In this document: one piece after another, positions 1 through 9,849 of the stretch | How positions within the stretch are numbered: the stretch's first letter is position 1 | Layout: each line of letters starts with the position of its first letter | Source of the DNA: a virus | Lineage: Duplodnaviria > Caudoviricetes | IMG/VR virus record: IMGVR_UViG_3300024346_000005 | DNA: 64,000 nt | Direction: 5' to 3' (one strand) | The notes under the pieces: model-generated | The model's database searches: none | Told to the model about the DNA's origin: nothing | What the model saw: only the letters and a program-made list of their open reading frames with translations | Made by a program: the position numbers and the translations under genes

Positions 1-19
1 GAGAGGGAGCAACTAGGTA

Positions 20-484
20 ATGTCTGACATCAAAGTAAGAGTAGGACAACAAAATGCAGTTAAAGTTATATCTAGTATTTCTGGAGCTGCTGGCGGATCT
101 GCCATTACTGCTATTACTGCCGAAAATGTTATTGGTGGAATTGCTTCCGTAACTTCTCTCCACGTTTCCGGTATCTCTACTTTCGTAGGTGTAAGTACCT
201 TTAATAATGATGTATATATTAATGGCGATCTTTATGTTAGAGATGATTTATTATTTGATGAATTTACTGCTCGGAATGCAAATATTACCGGAATCCTTAC
301 AGTAGGTCAATCAATTTATTATCCGTTAGGACAACCTTATGGTGTTGCATATTTTGATCCTAATGACCGATTAGTTTCTACCGGAACTACTTCATCGGCA
401 ATATCAGAAACTAACTATATACTTACAACTGACAATTCAGGAATACCAACCTGGTCCAGTGTTATAGATGGAGGAACCTATTAG
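20..484 (+). CDS. Virion structural protein (hypothetical, Gly/Thr/Ser-rich, ends ...IDGGTY)
   Basis: 154-aa ORF directly upstream of the neck genes; beta-rich composition typical of tail-associated proteins. Confidence 0.55.
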   Translation: MSDIKVRVGQQNAVKVISSISGAAGGSAITAITAENVIGGIASVTSLHVSGISTFVGVSTFNNDVYINGDLYVRDDLLFDEFTARNANITGILTVGQSIYYPLGQPYGVAYFDPNDRLVSTGTTSSAISETNYILTTDNSGIPTWSSVIDGGTY

Positions 485-1329
485 TGTCTAAACCAGCAAG
501 TAGACAAGAACTCGTAGACTATTGCCTAAGACGCCTAGGTGCCCCTGTACTGGAGATTAACCTTGCCGACGACCAAATAGATGATTTAGTAGATGATGCC
601 CTACAGTACTTCCAGGAGAGGCACTTTGATGGCGTAGAAAGAATGTATTTGAAATATCAATTTACTCAAGATGATATTAATAGAGGAACCGCATCAAAAG
701 GAAGTGGAGTTGGATTAGTAACTACAACAGGAACATCAACAAATATATCAGGTCTTGGAACAATTACTTCCAACTTTTATGAAACATCCAATTTTATTCA
801 GGTTCCGGATTCTGTAATTGGAATAGAAAAAGTTTTTAAATTTGATGCTAGTTCTATCTCTAGAGGTATGTTTAGCATTAAATATCAACTATTCTTAAAT
901 GATTTATACTATTTCAATTCAATTGATTTATTACAATATTCGATGGTAAAAAGTTACCTTGAGGATATTGATTTTCTTTTGAGTACTGATAAGCAGATAA
1001 GATTTAATAAAAGACAGAATAGAATGTATCTCGATATTGACTGGGGATCTCAACAAGTTGGAACTTTCCTAATAATTGATTGTTACAGAATTTTAGATCC
1101 AAATACTTTTACTGACGTTTACAATGACAGTTTTTTAAAGAAATATCTAACTTCACTTATGAAAAAACAGTGGGGTCAGAACCTAATTAAATTCAGAGGA
1201 GTTAAATTACCGGGTGGAATTGAACTGAATGGTAGAGAACTTTATGAAGATGCTGAAAGAGAGTTGGAAGATATAAAACAAAGAATGGTACTTGAATATG
1301 AACTTCCACCTTACGATTTTATTGGATAA
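484..1329 (+). CDS. gp13: Neck protein gp13
   Basis: GTG start overlapping the upstream TAG; motifs LRRLGAPVLEIN, QWGQNLIKF, LPGGIELNG; first gene of the gp13-14-15 order. Confidence 0.9.
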   Translation: MSKPASRQELVDYCLRRLGAPVLEINLADDQIDDLVDDALQYFQERHFDGVERMYLKYQFTQDDINRGTASKGSGVGLVTTTGTSTNISGLGTITSNFYETSNFIQVPDSVIGIEKVFKFDASSISRGMFSIKYQLFLNDLYYFNSIDLLQYSMVKSYLEDIDFLLSTDKQIRFNKRQNRMYLDIDWGSQQVGTFLIIDCYRILDPNTFTDVYNDSFLKKYLTSLMKKQWGQNLIKFRGVKLPGGIELNGRELYEDAERELEDIKQRMVLEYELPPYDFIG

Positions 1330-1331
1330 TA

Positions 1332-2723
1332 ATGGCACTAAATCCCTTTTTTCTTCAAGGTTCACCAAATGAGCAAAGACTTGTTCAGGAATTAATCAAC
1401 GAGCAGTTGAGAATTTATGGTGTAGAAGTAATTTATATTCCTAGAAAATTTGTGAGAAGAGAAACTATACTTAGAGAGGTTTCTTCATCCAAATTCGATG
1501 ATAATTTTGCACTAGAAGCATACATAAGCAATTATGAAGGATATAGTGGACAGGGAGATATTCTTACCAAGTTTGGAATGAGTTTGAAGGATGATTTGAG
1601 TCTAATCATATCCAAGGAAAGATACGAAGACTTTATTGCACCTTTTCTTGAGGGTGATAACGATGAAGAAATTGTTTTATCTTCAAGACCCAGAGAAGGA
1701 GATTTAATATACTTCCCACTAGGTCAAAGACTATTTGAAGTTAAATTTGTAGAGCACGAGCAACCATTTTACCAGTTAGGTAAATTATATGTTTACGAAC
1801 TAAAATGTGAACTATTCGAATATGGGGATGAAGTTATTGATACATCTATCGATGAAATTGATACTCAAATTGAAGATGAAGGATATATAACCACACTAAA
1901 TTTGATTGGACTTGGAAGAACTGCTACTGCAACAGCAGGAATTGGAAGTGGTTATATTAGGCAGATAACATTGAATAATGATGGATATGGTTATACTTCT
2001 CCACCAGTAGTAAGCATATCCTCGGCACCTTTTGGGGGGACAAATGCAGTTGGAGAAGCAATTACAGAACTGAAATCCGGTATTTATTCAATTAAACAAA
2101 TAGTATTAAAAAATGCCGGGGCAGGTTATACTTCTGCTCCAATCATTACAATTACGGGTAATGGAAGCGGAGCGGCAGCTACTTGTGGAATTGAAACCTC
2201 ACAGTCTGGGGTCATATCTATAACTCTTACAGATAATGGTGTTGGGTATTCGACTGCACCTCTTGTGACTATTGTTGGAAGTGTTGGTTCCGGAGTAACT
2301 GCAACGGTAATATCGTCGGTCGTTGGTACTGCTCAGAGTGTATCTTCTATAAAAATTGCAAATACTGGAATAGGATACACTATTGCCCCTCAAGTTATCA
2401 TTAATGGACCTCCAATTCTAACTGGAATTGGGACCTATCTCTTTAATGAAATTGTAACCGGATCTAGGTCTGGCACAACAGCAAGAGTTAAATCTTGGGA
2501 TTTTGATACAAAAATTCTTAAGATTTCTTTTGTCAATAATGTAACACCTAATGGATTTTTCCCAGGAGAAACAATTGTGGGATCAATTTCTAGTGCTAGA
2601 TATTCCGTAAACGATTATAATAATTGGAATCCTTACGATAAATATGGAGATAATTTGCAGATTCAGACTGAAGCAGAATCTATTTTAGATTTTTCAGAAT
2701 CAAATCCATTTGGTTCTTATTGA
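1332..2723 (+). CDS. gp14: Neck protein gp14 with an internal Gly/Thr-rich repeat domain
   Basis: N-term NPFF..EQRLVQELINEQLRIYG, RPREGDLIYFP, C-term DFSESNPFG; synteny. Confidence 0.88.
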   Translation: MALNPFFLQGSPNEQRLVQELINEQLRIYGVEVIYIPRKFVRRETILREVSSSKFDDNFALEAYISNYEGYSGQGDILTKFGMSLKDDLSLIISKERYEDFIAPFLEGDNDEEIVLSSRPREGDLIYFPLGQRLFEVKFVEHEQPFYQLGKLYVYELKCELFEYGDEVIDTSIDEIDTQIEDEGYITTLNLIGLGRTATATAGIGSGYIRQITLNNDGYGYTSPPVVSISSAPFGGTNAVGEAITELKSGIYSIKQIVLKNAGAGYTSAPIITITGNGSGAAATCGIETSQSGVISITLTDNGVGYSTAPLVTIVGSVGSGVTATVISSVVGTAQSVSSIKIANTGIGYTIAPQVIINGPPILTGIGTYLFNEIVTGSRSGTTARVKSWDFDTKILKISFVNNVTPNGFFPGETIVGSISSARYSVNDYNNWNPYDKYGDNLQIQTEAESILDFSESNPFGSY

Positions 2724-2726
2724 TAC

Positions 2727-2734
2727 TATAAATA
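2727..2734 (+). promoter_or_regulatory. T4-type late promoter upstream of gp15
   Basis: Exact TATAAATA in the intergenic gap. Confidence 0.75.
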
Positions 2735-2771
2735 TATAATACGATAATGATTGGATAATCGGGTATAGAAA

Positions 2772-3572
2772 ATGCTAGGAACCTATTTTTATCACCAAAT
2801 TATTAGAAAGACTGTTACTGCATTTGGAACTCTTTTTAATGACATTTATATTGAGCATAAAAATTCATCTGATGTAGGAATCAGTCAGATGAAGGTTCCT
2901 CTTGGATATGGACCGATGCAAAAGTTTCTGGCCAGAATTGAACAACAATCTGAATTGAACAAACCAATTCAGATTACTCTTCCCAGAATATCATTTGAAA
3001 TGACTTCTATTCAGTATGATTCTACAAGAAAGGCAAATGTAACTCAAACATTCAAAACTTGTGGTAATGGTGATACTGTAAAGAAGGTTTATATGCCAGT
3101 TCCATATAATATTGGGTTTCAATTAAATATTATGACTAAGTTGCAAGATGATGCTCTGCAGATAGTAGAACAGATTCTTCCAAGTTTTCAACCATCATTC
3201 AATCTAACAGTAGATTTGGTAGATTCTATCGGAGAAAAAAGAGATATTCCCGTGGTTTTAGATAGTGTATCTTTTACCGATGATTATGAAGGAGATTATT
3301 CAACTCGGAGAACCCTAATATATACTTTAAATTTTACTGCTAAAACTTATCTGTTCGGACCAATTTCTGATAGTACAGATGGTCTTATTCGTAAGGTTCA
3401 GGTTGATATGTATACGAGTACCGATACTACAACTGCTAAGAGAGAAATGAGATATACTCTTGTTCCAGACCCGATTGACGCAGGTCCGGATGATAATTTT
3501 GGATTTAATGAAACTTGGGAAACATATAGTGATGCTAGAACTTATAGTCCAACTCAACAAAGTGATATTTGA
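2772..3572 (+). CDS. gp15: Tail sheath stabilizer / tail terminator gp15
   Basis: YFYHQIIRK, LPRISFE, YMPVPYNIGF, EQILPSFQP motifs; synteny. Confidence 0.9.
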   Translation: MLGTYFYHQIIRKTVTAFGTLFNDIYIEHKNSSDVGISQMKVPLGYGPMQKFLARIEQQSELNKPIQITLPRISFEMTSIQYDSTRKANVTQTFKTCGNGDTVKKVYMPVPYNIGFQLNIMTKLQDDALQIVEQILPSFQPSFNLTVDLVDSIGEKRDIPVVLDSVSFTDDYEGDYSTRRTLIYTLNFTAKTYLFGPISDSTDGLIRKVQVDMYTSTDTTTAKREMRYTLVPDPIDAGPDDNFGFNETWETYSDARTYSPTQQSDI

Positions 3573-3578
3573 TATATT

Positions 3579-4001
3579 ATGAAAAATAATTATGAAGATT
3601 TGGATAAAGCTCTGAACATAGAAAGTAGTATTATTGAGGTAGAAAAGTCTATTACACCAATTGATATTATTCCTACACAGAATAATGATATAAAAAAAGA
3701 TTATGAATATACAAGAGCAAATCTATATTCACTAATTGAGAAAGGTCAGGAAGCCATTAATGGAATTATGGAACTTGCCGGTGATGGTGGAAGTCCAAGA
3801 GCATACGAGGTGGCGGGGCAACTTATTAAGAGTGTGGCGGATACAACTGATAAATTAATAGATCTTCAGAAGAAATTGAAAGATGTTCAGGAGGATAATA
3901 CTAAAATTGCCAATAATGTTACAAATAATGCCGTGTTCGTTGGATCTACTTCGGAGTTGTCAAAATTACTGAAGCAAGGTTTTCTAAATAATAAAGAATA
4001 A
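3579..4001 (+). CDS. gp16: Terminase small subunit gp16
   Basis: DYEYTRANL, SPRAYEVAGQLIK, VFVGSTSEL motifs. Confidence 0.9.
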   Translation: MKNNYEDLDKALNIESSIIEVEKSITPIDIIPTQNNDIKKDYEYTRANLYSLIEKGQEAINGIMELAGDGGSPRAYEVAGQLIKSVADTTDKLIDLQKKLKDVQEDNTKIANNVTNNAVFVGSTSELSKLLKQGFLNNKE

Positions 4002-4013
4002 TGTTTTCCTAAA

Positions 4014-5480
4014 GTGCCTAAATTAAAATCCCACCAGACGGTTGAAAGTATTGCGAAAAAGCATCGTCAGGATATTTCTTTTGTAAGAAATCAACTTAAG
4101 ATGGGTATTGCTATTGAAAAGGAGCATACTAAAGATAAGGATCTTGCTGCTGATATTGCTCTTCAACATCTTGACGAGTTTCCAGATTATTACACTAAGT
4201 TGAAAAAGATGGAGTCTGATGCTAGAAAAGAGCATAAAAACTTTAAGGATGTGAAAGAGAGTCTTCGTGATTGGTTTGGTAAATCTGAATCAATCGGTAA
4301 AAAAAGAAAACCTGGTTGGGTTGAAGTAGTCTCCGGAGAACCTTGTGCCCGTGAAGAAGGCGAAGAGGATGAAACACCCAAGTGTGTTTCTTCAGATAAA
4401 AGAGCAAGTATGACTAAATCTGAAAGAATATCTGCTCAAAGAAGAAAAAGTGCCGCAGACCCAAATCAACCAGAAAAATCGGGTGCTGCTAAACCAACTT
4501 ATGTTTCTACCGATAAACCAAAAAAGAAAATGAACGAAGAATCAGATGTTAAAGGTAAAGGAAGCGGCACAAAAGATGCTTGTTATACTAAAGTAAAGTC
4601 AAGATATTCTGTCTGGCCTTCAGCATATGCTTCCGGAGCACTTGTAAAATGCCGCAAGGTTGGTGCTGCTAATTGGGGAAATAAATCAGAATCAATAAAT
4701 TTATCATCAAAAGATTCTATTTCAGAAGAAATGGGTATGAGATATTGCCCCAAATGTGAAAAAGATGAGACTAGAGATGTATGCAAATATGGTCCCAAGT
4801 ACTGGGATATGTTTTCACTACCTTCCAGATTATCCCCAAATCAGATGAAGTTTAGTATTGCTCAGGTTCATCCTACTAATGAGTCTAAGGAACCAGACCA
4901 CGAATATTCTATGGCAAGGTCTGAACTCTCTACAATTATTTCTGCTGCAAAAAGACTCCGTGGCAAATTGAATGGTGAGGGTAATATTGAGGCATGGGTT
5001 CAATCAAAAATTACAAAGGCAGCAGATTATATTGATGCTGCTGCTGACTACCTAGATAGTGGAGAACACGATGTTAAAGAGGCGTGTTGGAAAGGTTATA
5101 AGAAAAAGGGTATGAAGACGATGTTTGGTAAAAAATATCCAAACTGCGTTAAGGTTAAGGAATCTATTGATGTATATTCCAATTGGAGGGAAGATTTTGG
5201 TCTGAATGAAGCATCCGCTGCCTGGCAAAGAAAAGCAGGTAAAAATCCTGAGGGTGGTTTAAACGCAGCAGGAGTTGCATCTTATAGAAAAGAAAATCCA
5301 GGTTCAAAATTGCAAACTGCCGTTACTACTAAACCATCAAAATTAAAACCCGGTTCTAAGGATGCAAAACGCAGAAAATCATTCTGTGCTCGTATGAGTG
5401 GAATGCCTGGACCTGCGAAAGATGAAAAAGGTCGTCCAACAAGAAAGACATTATCCTTAAGAAAGTGGAACTGTAACTAA
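4014..5480 (+). CDS. Multi-module basic protein (488 aa); N-terminal module resembles DUF5661
   Basis: GTG start; MGIAIEKEH..IALQHLDEFPDYYTKL at the N-terminus, followed by several short Cys-pair modules. Confidence 0.7.
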   Translation: MPKLKSHQTVESIAKKHRQDISFVRNQLKMGIAIEKEHTKDKDLAADIALQHLDEFPDYYTKLKKMESDARKEHKNFKDVKESLRDWFGKSESIGKKRKPGWVEVVSGEPCAREEGEEDETPKCVSSDKRASMTKSERISAQRRKSAADPNQPEKSGAAKPTYVSTDKPKKKMNEESDVKGKGSGTKDACYTKVKSRYSVWPSAYASGALVKCRKVGAANWGNKSESINLSSKDSISEEMGMRYCPKCEKDETRDVCKYGPKYWDMFSLPSRLSPNQMKFSIAQVHPTNESKEPDHEYSMARSELSTIISAAKRLRGKLNGEGNIEAWVQSKITKAADYIDAAADYLDSGEHDVKEACWKGYKKKGMKTMFGKKYPNCVKVKESIDVYSNWREDFGLNEASAAWQRKAGKNPEGGLNAAGVASYRKENPGSKLQTAVTTKPSKLKPGSKDAKRRKSFCARMSGMPGPAKDEKGRPTRKTLSLRKWNCN

Positions 5481-5481
5481 A

Positions 5482-5796
5482 ATGAAATCCTTCAATCAGT
5501 TTATTTCAGAAAGTGTTAATATTGCCGGAAATTTCAACGGCAATCTTTATATGAATGGTTCAGAATCTCAATCAGAACCCGTTGGAGAGTCTTTTACCGC
5601 AGATATAGTTTGGGAAGGTAAAATGTATAGATTAGAAGTTGAAGGCAAGATGTTAAACAAAAATGAACTTGCAGAGCAACTTCAGGGAGAATATCCCGGA
5701 GCAATTGTACATAACATTTACCCTCAAACAACAAATTCTTTAAAAATTAAGAACTCACAAAGATATCAACCCGAAAGACTAACTTCGACTGATTAA
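5482..5796 (+). CDS. Hypothetical protein with capsid-targeting-like leader (MKSFNQFISES)
   Basis: 104-aa ORF tightly coupled to both neighbours. Confidence 0.7.
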   Translation: MKSFNQFISESVNIAGNFNGNLYMNGSESQSEPVGESFTADIVWEGKMYRLEVEGKMLNKNELAEQLQGEYPGAIVHNIYPQTTNSLKIKNSQRYQPERLTSTD

Positions 5797-5798
5797 TT

Positions 5799-7073
5799 AT
5801 GGCACAATGGAATAAGAAAACACAAGATTTTTTAGATCAAGAAAGAAGTCTCTTTGAGGTTTATAATATCGCAGATCATTGGGGAAACCAGACTGACTGG
5901 AGACCCCAATTTACTAACAACAACAGATTTAAAATATCTCCGTTCCAAACAGTATTCTTCAACACCTTCCAGTATGGAAAGGAAACTGATGTATGGGATG
6001 AAAGAGTAGTTGGAGTTGGAACTGCAACATTTAATGCAAATGCCAGTAATGTTGTAATGCAAGTTGAATCTACTGCTGGTAGTAAAATCGTTCGCCAAAC
6101 CAAGAATGTGATGAGATACATTCCTGGTAGGGGTGCAACTCTTGCATTTGCAATTCGTCTTGAACAACCACAAGTTGGTATTCGCAGAAGATTTGGATTG
6201 TTTGATGAAAATAATGGTGTTTATTTTGAGGATAATGGGGGAACATATTCTTATGTGCTCCGTAGTAGTGTAACTGGAATTGTTACAGAAACCAGAGTAT
6301 ACAGAGATGAATGGAATGGTGAGAAGTTTTATGGTAATGGGTGGACTGGAGTAACCGCAGATCCAACAAAACAACAAATGATTTCCATCAATTATGAATG
6401 GTATGGTGCAGGTATAATTCAATTTACTTGGTTGATGAAGAATGAGACTGTTGCATCTCATACTTTTGAGAACTCAAATACTAATCCGGGAGTTTGGTGT
6501 TCTACTCCATTCTTACCTATTAGACTTGAGATAGAAAATATAACAGGTGTTGCAGGAACTCATTACATGTATCAGGGTTCTAATTCTCTGATTCAGGAAG
6601 GAGAATCAGAAAAACTTGGAACTCTTTTGAGCATCTCAAATCCCATCACAGGGACAACGATGTCATCTGCAAATACATTTTATCCAATTATAAGCATTCG
6701 TTTGAAATCTAATAATCTAACTGGTGTAATTCTCTTGAGATCATTACAGGCAGCAACTGATGATAATACGAATGTTTATTGGCAACTTTTACAAAATGCA
6801 ACACTGACTGGAGGAACTTGGGTAAATCATCCCGATCCAAACTCTTTTATGCAGTATAATATCACTCAAACTGCAGTATCTGGTGGAAGTGATCTTTTGA
6901 GTGGTTTTGTAATTAATGGTAGTGGTGCGTTAGTTGATCTTGATGTTAGAGCAGCACTTCAGTTAGGTAGAAGTGGTATTGGAACAATTAGTGATACTTA
7001 CACTCTTGCTTGTGCATCTCCAAACACTAACAAAAAAGCACTTGCGGTATTGAATTGGATTGAACAAAGGTAA
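5799..7073 (+). CDS. Hypothetical beta-rich protein, probably virion structural
   Basis: 424-aa ORF in the late operon; no recognisable catalytic motif. Confidence 0.6.
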   Translation: MAQWNKKTQDFLDQERSLFEVYNIADHWGNQTDWRPQFTNNNRFKISPFQTVFFNTFQYGKETDVWDERVVGVGTATFNANASNVVMQVESTAGSKIVRQTKNVMRYIPGRGATLAFAIRLEQPQVGIRRRFGLFDENNGVYFEDNGGTYSYVLRSSVTGIVTETRVYRDEWNGEKFYGNGWTGVTADPTKQQMISINYEWYGAGIIQFTWLMKNETVASHTFENSNTNPGVWCSTPFLPIRLEIENITGVAGTHYMYQGSNSLIQEGESEKLGTLLSISNPITGTTMSSANTFYPIISIRLKSNNLTGVILLRSLQAATDDNTNVYWQLLQNATLTGGTWVNHPDPNSFMQYNITQTAVSGGSDLLSGFVINGSGALVDLDVRAALQLGRSGIGTISDTYTLACASPNTNKKALAVLNWIEQR

Positions 7074-7078
7074 TTTTT

Positions 7079-9784
7079 ATGGATATTCAAGACATTCAAC
7101 TAAAGATAGGTGATGCATATCTCTCTAATCCAAATCTAAAGAGAGCAAATACTCCAATACAATTTACCGAAGAACAAATTATTGAGTTCTTAACTTGTAA
7201 GGAAGACCCCGTTTATTTTGCCAAGAAATATATCAAGATTGTTAATGTTGATGATGGTCTTGTTAAGTTTAATATGTGGCCCTTTCAAGAGAGATTGGTC
7301 AGCAACTTTCATAAGAACAGATTTAACATAGCAAAGATGCCACGCCAGGTTGGTAAGGCATTAGCATTAGATACTCCAATACCAACACCTGAAGGATGGA
7401 CGACGATTGGGGATATTGAAGTTGGGGATCAAATACTTTCTCCCGATGGAAATTCAGTTTCTGTAACATTTAAAACAGAAACTATGATTAATCACCAGTG
7501 CTACAAAATATTTTTTGATAATGGAGAAGAAATTGTCGCTGATGCAGATCATTTGTGGGAAGTAAATAGTTCTTATTGGAGAACTGGAAAAAAAGTTATC
7601 AATACTGATGAAATATATTCAAGATACTTAAAGAAAACTAACAATAAAAGAGGTAAAGGTGTAGAAGGGTCACTTTATATTGACTTATCTAAAGCAATTA
7701 ATGGGAAAAATCAAAATTTGCCTATAGATCCATATCTTCTTGGTGTTTGGTTGGGTGATGGATATTCTGCAGACGGGAGAATAATAGCACATAAAGATGA
7801 TTATGAATTTTATAAAACAAAACTAGATATTGAACACGAAAGAGAAGATAATAATTGTATTCGTTTTAAGTGTAGGGATTTAAGAAAAAAATTAAAAGAA
7901 AATAATTTATTAAAGAATAAACACATTCCACAAATATATCTTCGCACATCCATAGAACAAAGAATGGAATTATTGCGAGGATTGATGGATACTGACGGTT
8001 CAATTACAAAAAATCAATCATTTGAATTTTACCAAAAGAATTATGAATTTATTCTTCAAGTTGTTGAACTTCTATCTTCTTTAGGTATAAAATCCAGAGT
8101 AAGTAGAAGGTTAATAAATCAGTGTTGGTATCATACTGTTCGTTTTCCCAGTAAGGAAAATATTTTCAATCTTCCAAGAAAGTCCGAATTAATAAATTTT
8201 GGTGGAAAGGGAAGACCTCAAAATAAAAGACATTATATACAAAAAATAGAAAAGGTCGATAGTGTCCCAGTTGCGTGTATTCAAGTAGATAGTGATGACC
8301 ATCTGTTTTTATGTGGAAGAACATTTATTCCCACACATAATACAACAACGGTAGTATCATACTTATTACATTATATTGTTTTTAATGACAACGTAAATGT
8401 GGGTATTCTGGCAAACAAAGCATCAACATCAAGAGAAATCTTAAGTAGACTTCAATTATCTTATGAGAATCTTCCAAAATGGATGCAACAGGGTATTGTT
8501 TCCTGGAATAAAGGTTCATTAGAATTGGAAAATGGGTCAAAAATTATTGCGGCATCAACGTCTGCTTCTGCCGTTCGAGGAATGTCATTCAACATTATTT
8601 TCTTGGACGAATTTGCGTTTGTTCCAAATCATATTGCCGACGATTTCTTCGCATCAGTATATCCCACAATTTCATCTGGTAAGTCCACCAAGGTTATTGT
8701 AGTATCCACACCCAAAGGTATGAATCATTTCTACCGTATGTGGCACGATGCAGAGCGTGGTAAGAACTCATTTGTTGCCACAGAGGTCCACTGGTCTGAA
8801 GTGCCCGGTAGAGATGAGGAATGGAAGGCACAGACGATTGCCAATACTAGTGAAGAGCAGTTTAGGGCAGAGCACCTTTGTGAGTTTCTGGGGTCGGTAG
8901 GAACACTCATCAATCCAAGCAAACTGAAAATATTAGTCTATGATGACCCAATAAAAAGAAGTAAAGGTCTTGATGTTTATGAAAATCCAATAGAAGACCA
9001 CAGTTATTTAATTACGGTTGATGTTGCTCGTGGAATGGGTAATGATTATTCGGCATTTGTTGTTTTTGATATTACGGAGTTTCCTTACAGAGTTGTGGCA
9101 AAATATAAAAATAATGAGATTAGACCGATGCTATTTCCAAGTATTATTAATGAGGTGGCAAGAGGATATGATAATGCCTGGTTACTTATAGAAGTAAATG
9201 ATATTGGAGATCAGGTTGCTAATATTCTTCACTACGATTTAGAATATGATAATATCCTAATGTGCTCTATGAGAGGTAGGGCAGGGCAATTAGTTGGGTC
9301 TGGATTTAGTGGTAAAAAATCTCAACTTGGAGTTAGAACAACTGCAGCAGTTAAAAAATTAGGATGTTCAAACTTAAAATTACTTATTGAGGATGATAAA
9401 TTATTTGTGAATGACTATGATATTATTAGTGAACTTACAACATTTGCCCAAAGACATAATTCATTTGAAGCGGAAGAAGGTTGTAATGATGATTTGGTAA
9501 TGTGCCTTGTAATTTTTGCCTGGTTAGTCGCTCAGGAATATTTCAAAGAAATGACTAATAATGATATTCGTAAAAGAATATATGAAGAACAAAAGAATCA
9601 AATAGACCAAGATATGTCTCCGTTTGGATTTATTTCAGATGGATTGGAAGATATGGAGGTATTTGTAGAACAAGAAACTGGAGACAGGTGGATGTTTGCC
9701 ACTTCAGAAAACGGAATACAGACACAAGATATTTGGAATGTTGATGAGTACGGAGATGTGTCAAATGAGTGGGATTACAGATAA
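7079..9784 (+). CDS. gp17: Terminase large subunit gp17 (901-aa precursor; about 573 aa after intein splicing)
   Basis: Walker A RQVGK/TTT split by the intein; Walker B IIFLDEFAF; nuclease motif ITVDVARG; DDLVM near C-term. Confidence 0.95.
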   Translation: MDIQDIQLKIGDAYLSNPNLKRANTPIQFTEEQIIEFLTCKEDPVYFAKKYIKIVNVDDGLVKFNMWPFQERLVSNFHKNRFNIAKMPRQVGKALALDTPIPTPEGWTTIGDIEVGDQILSPDGNSVSVTFKTETMINHQCYKIFFDNGEEIVADADHLWEVNSSYWRTGKKVINTDEIYSRYLKKTNNKRGKGVEGSLYIDLSKAINGKNQNLPIDPYLLGVWLGDGYSADGRIIAHKDDYEFYKTKLDIEHEREDNNCIRFKCRDLRKKLKENNLLKNKHIPQIYLRTSIEQRMELLRGLMDTDGSITKNQSFEFYQKNYEFILQVVELLSSLGIKSRVSRRLINQCWYHTVRFPSKENIFNLPRKSELINFGGKGRPQNKRHYIQKIEKVDSVPVACIQVDSDDHLFLCGRTFIPTHNTTTVVSYLLHYIVFNDNVNVGILANKASTSREILSRLQLSYENLPKWMQQGIVSWNKGSLELENGSKIIAASTSASAVRGMSFNIIFLDEFAFVPNHIADDFFASVYPTISSGKSTKVIVVSTPKGMNHFYRMWHDAERGKNSFVATEVHWSEVPGRDEEWKAQTIANTSEEQFRAEHLCEFLGSVGTLINPSKLKILVYDDPIKRSKGLDVYENPIEDHSYLITVDVARGMGNDYSAFVVFDITEFPYRVVAKYKNNEIRPMLFPSIINEVARGYDNAWLLIEVNDIGDQVANILHYDLEYDNILMCSMRGRAGQLVGSGFSGKKSQLGVRTTAAVKKLGCSNLKLLIEDDKLFVNDYDIISELTTFAQRHNSFEAEEGCNDDLVMCLVIFAWLVAQEYFKEMTNNDIRKRIYEEQKNQIDQDMSPFGFISDGLEDMEVFVEQETGDRWMFATSENGIQTQDIWNVDEYGDVSNEWDYR
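7358..8341 (+). mobile_element. Intein (328 aa) with LAGLIDADG homing endonuclease domain, Ala1 class-3 type
   Basis: Starts ALALDTPIPTPEGW, ends FIPTHN before Thr+1; block B ADADHLW; LAGLIDADG blocks PYLLGVWLGDG and LLRGLMDTDG; removal restores RQVGKTTT. Confidence 0.93.
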
Positions 9785-9805
9785 GTATATTGAAGACAAG
9801 GAAAT

Positions 9806-9813
9806 TATAAATA
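9806..9813 (+). promoter_or_regulatory. Late promoter upstream of gp18
   Basis: Exact TATAAATA. Confidence 0.75.
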
Positions 9814-9849
9814 CTTTTAGAATAATTCGGGATAATACGGAGAATAAAG

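Noticed and set aside
1-20. 3' end of an upstream gene (..EGATR-stop overlapping ATG 20)
   Set aside because: Too short to support a call
2750-2770. ATAAT(T)CGGG motif upstream of both gp15 and gp18
   Set aside because: Only two short imperfect copies; not distinguishable from chance
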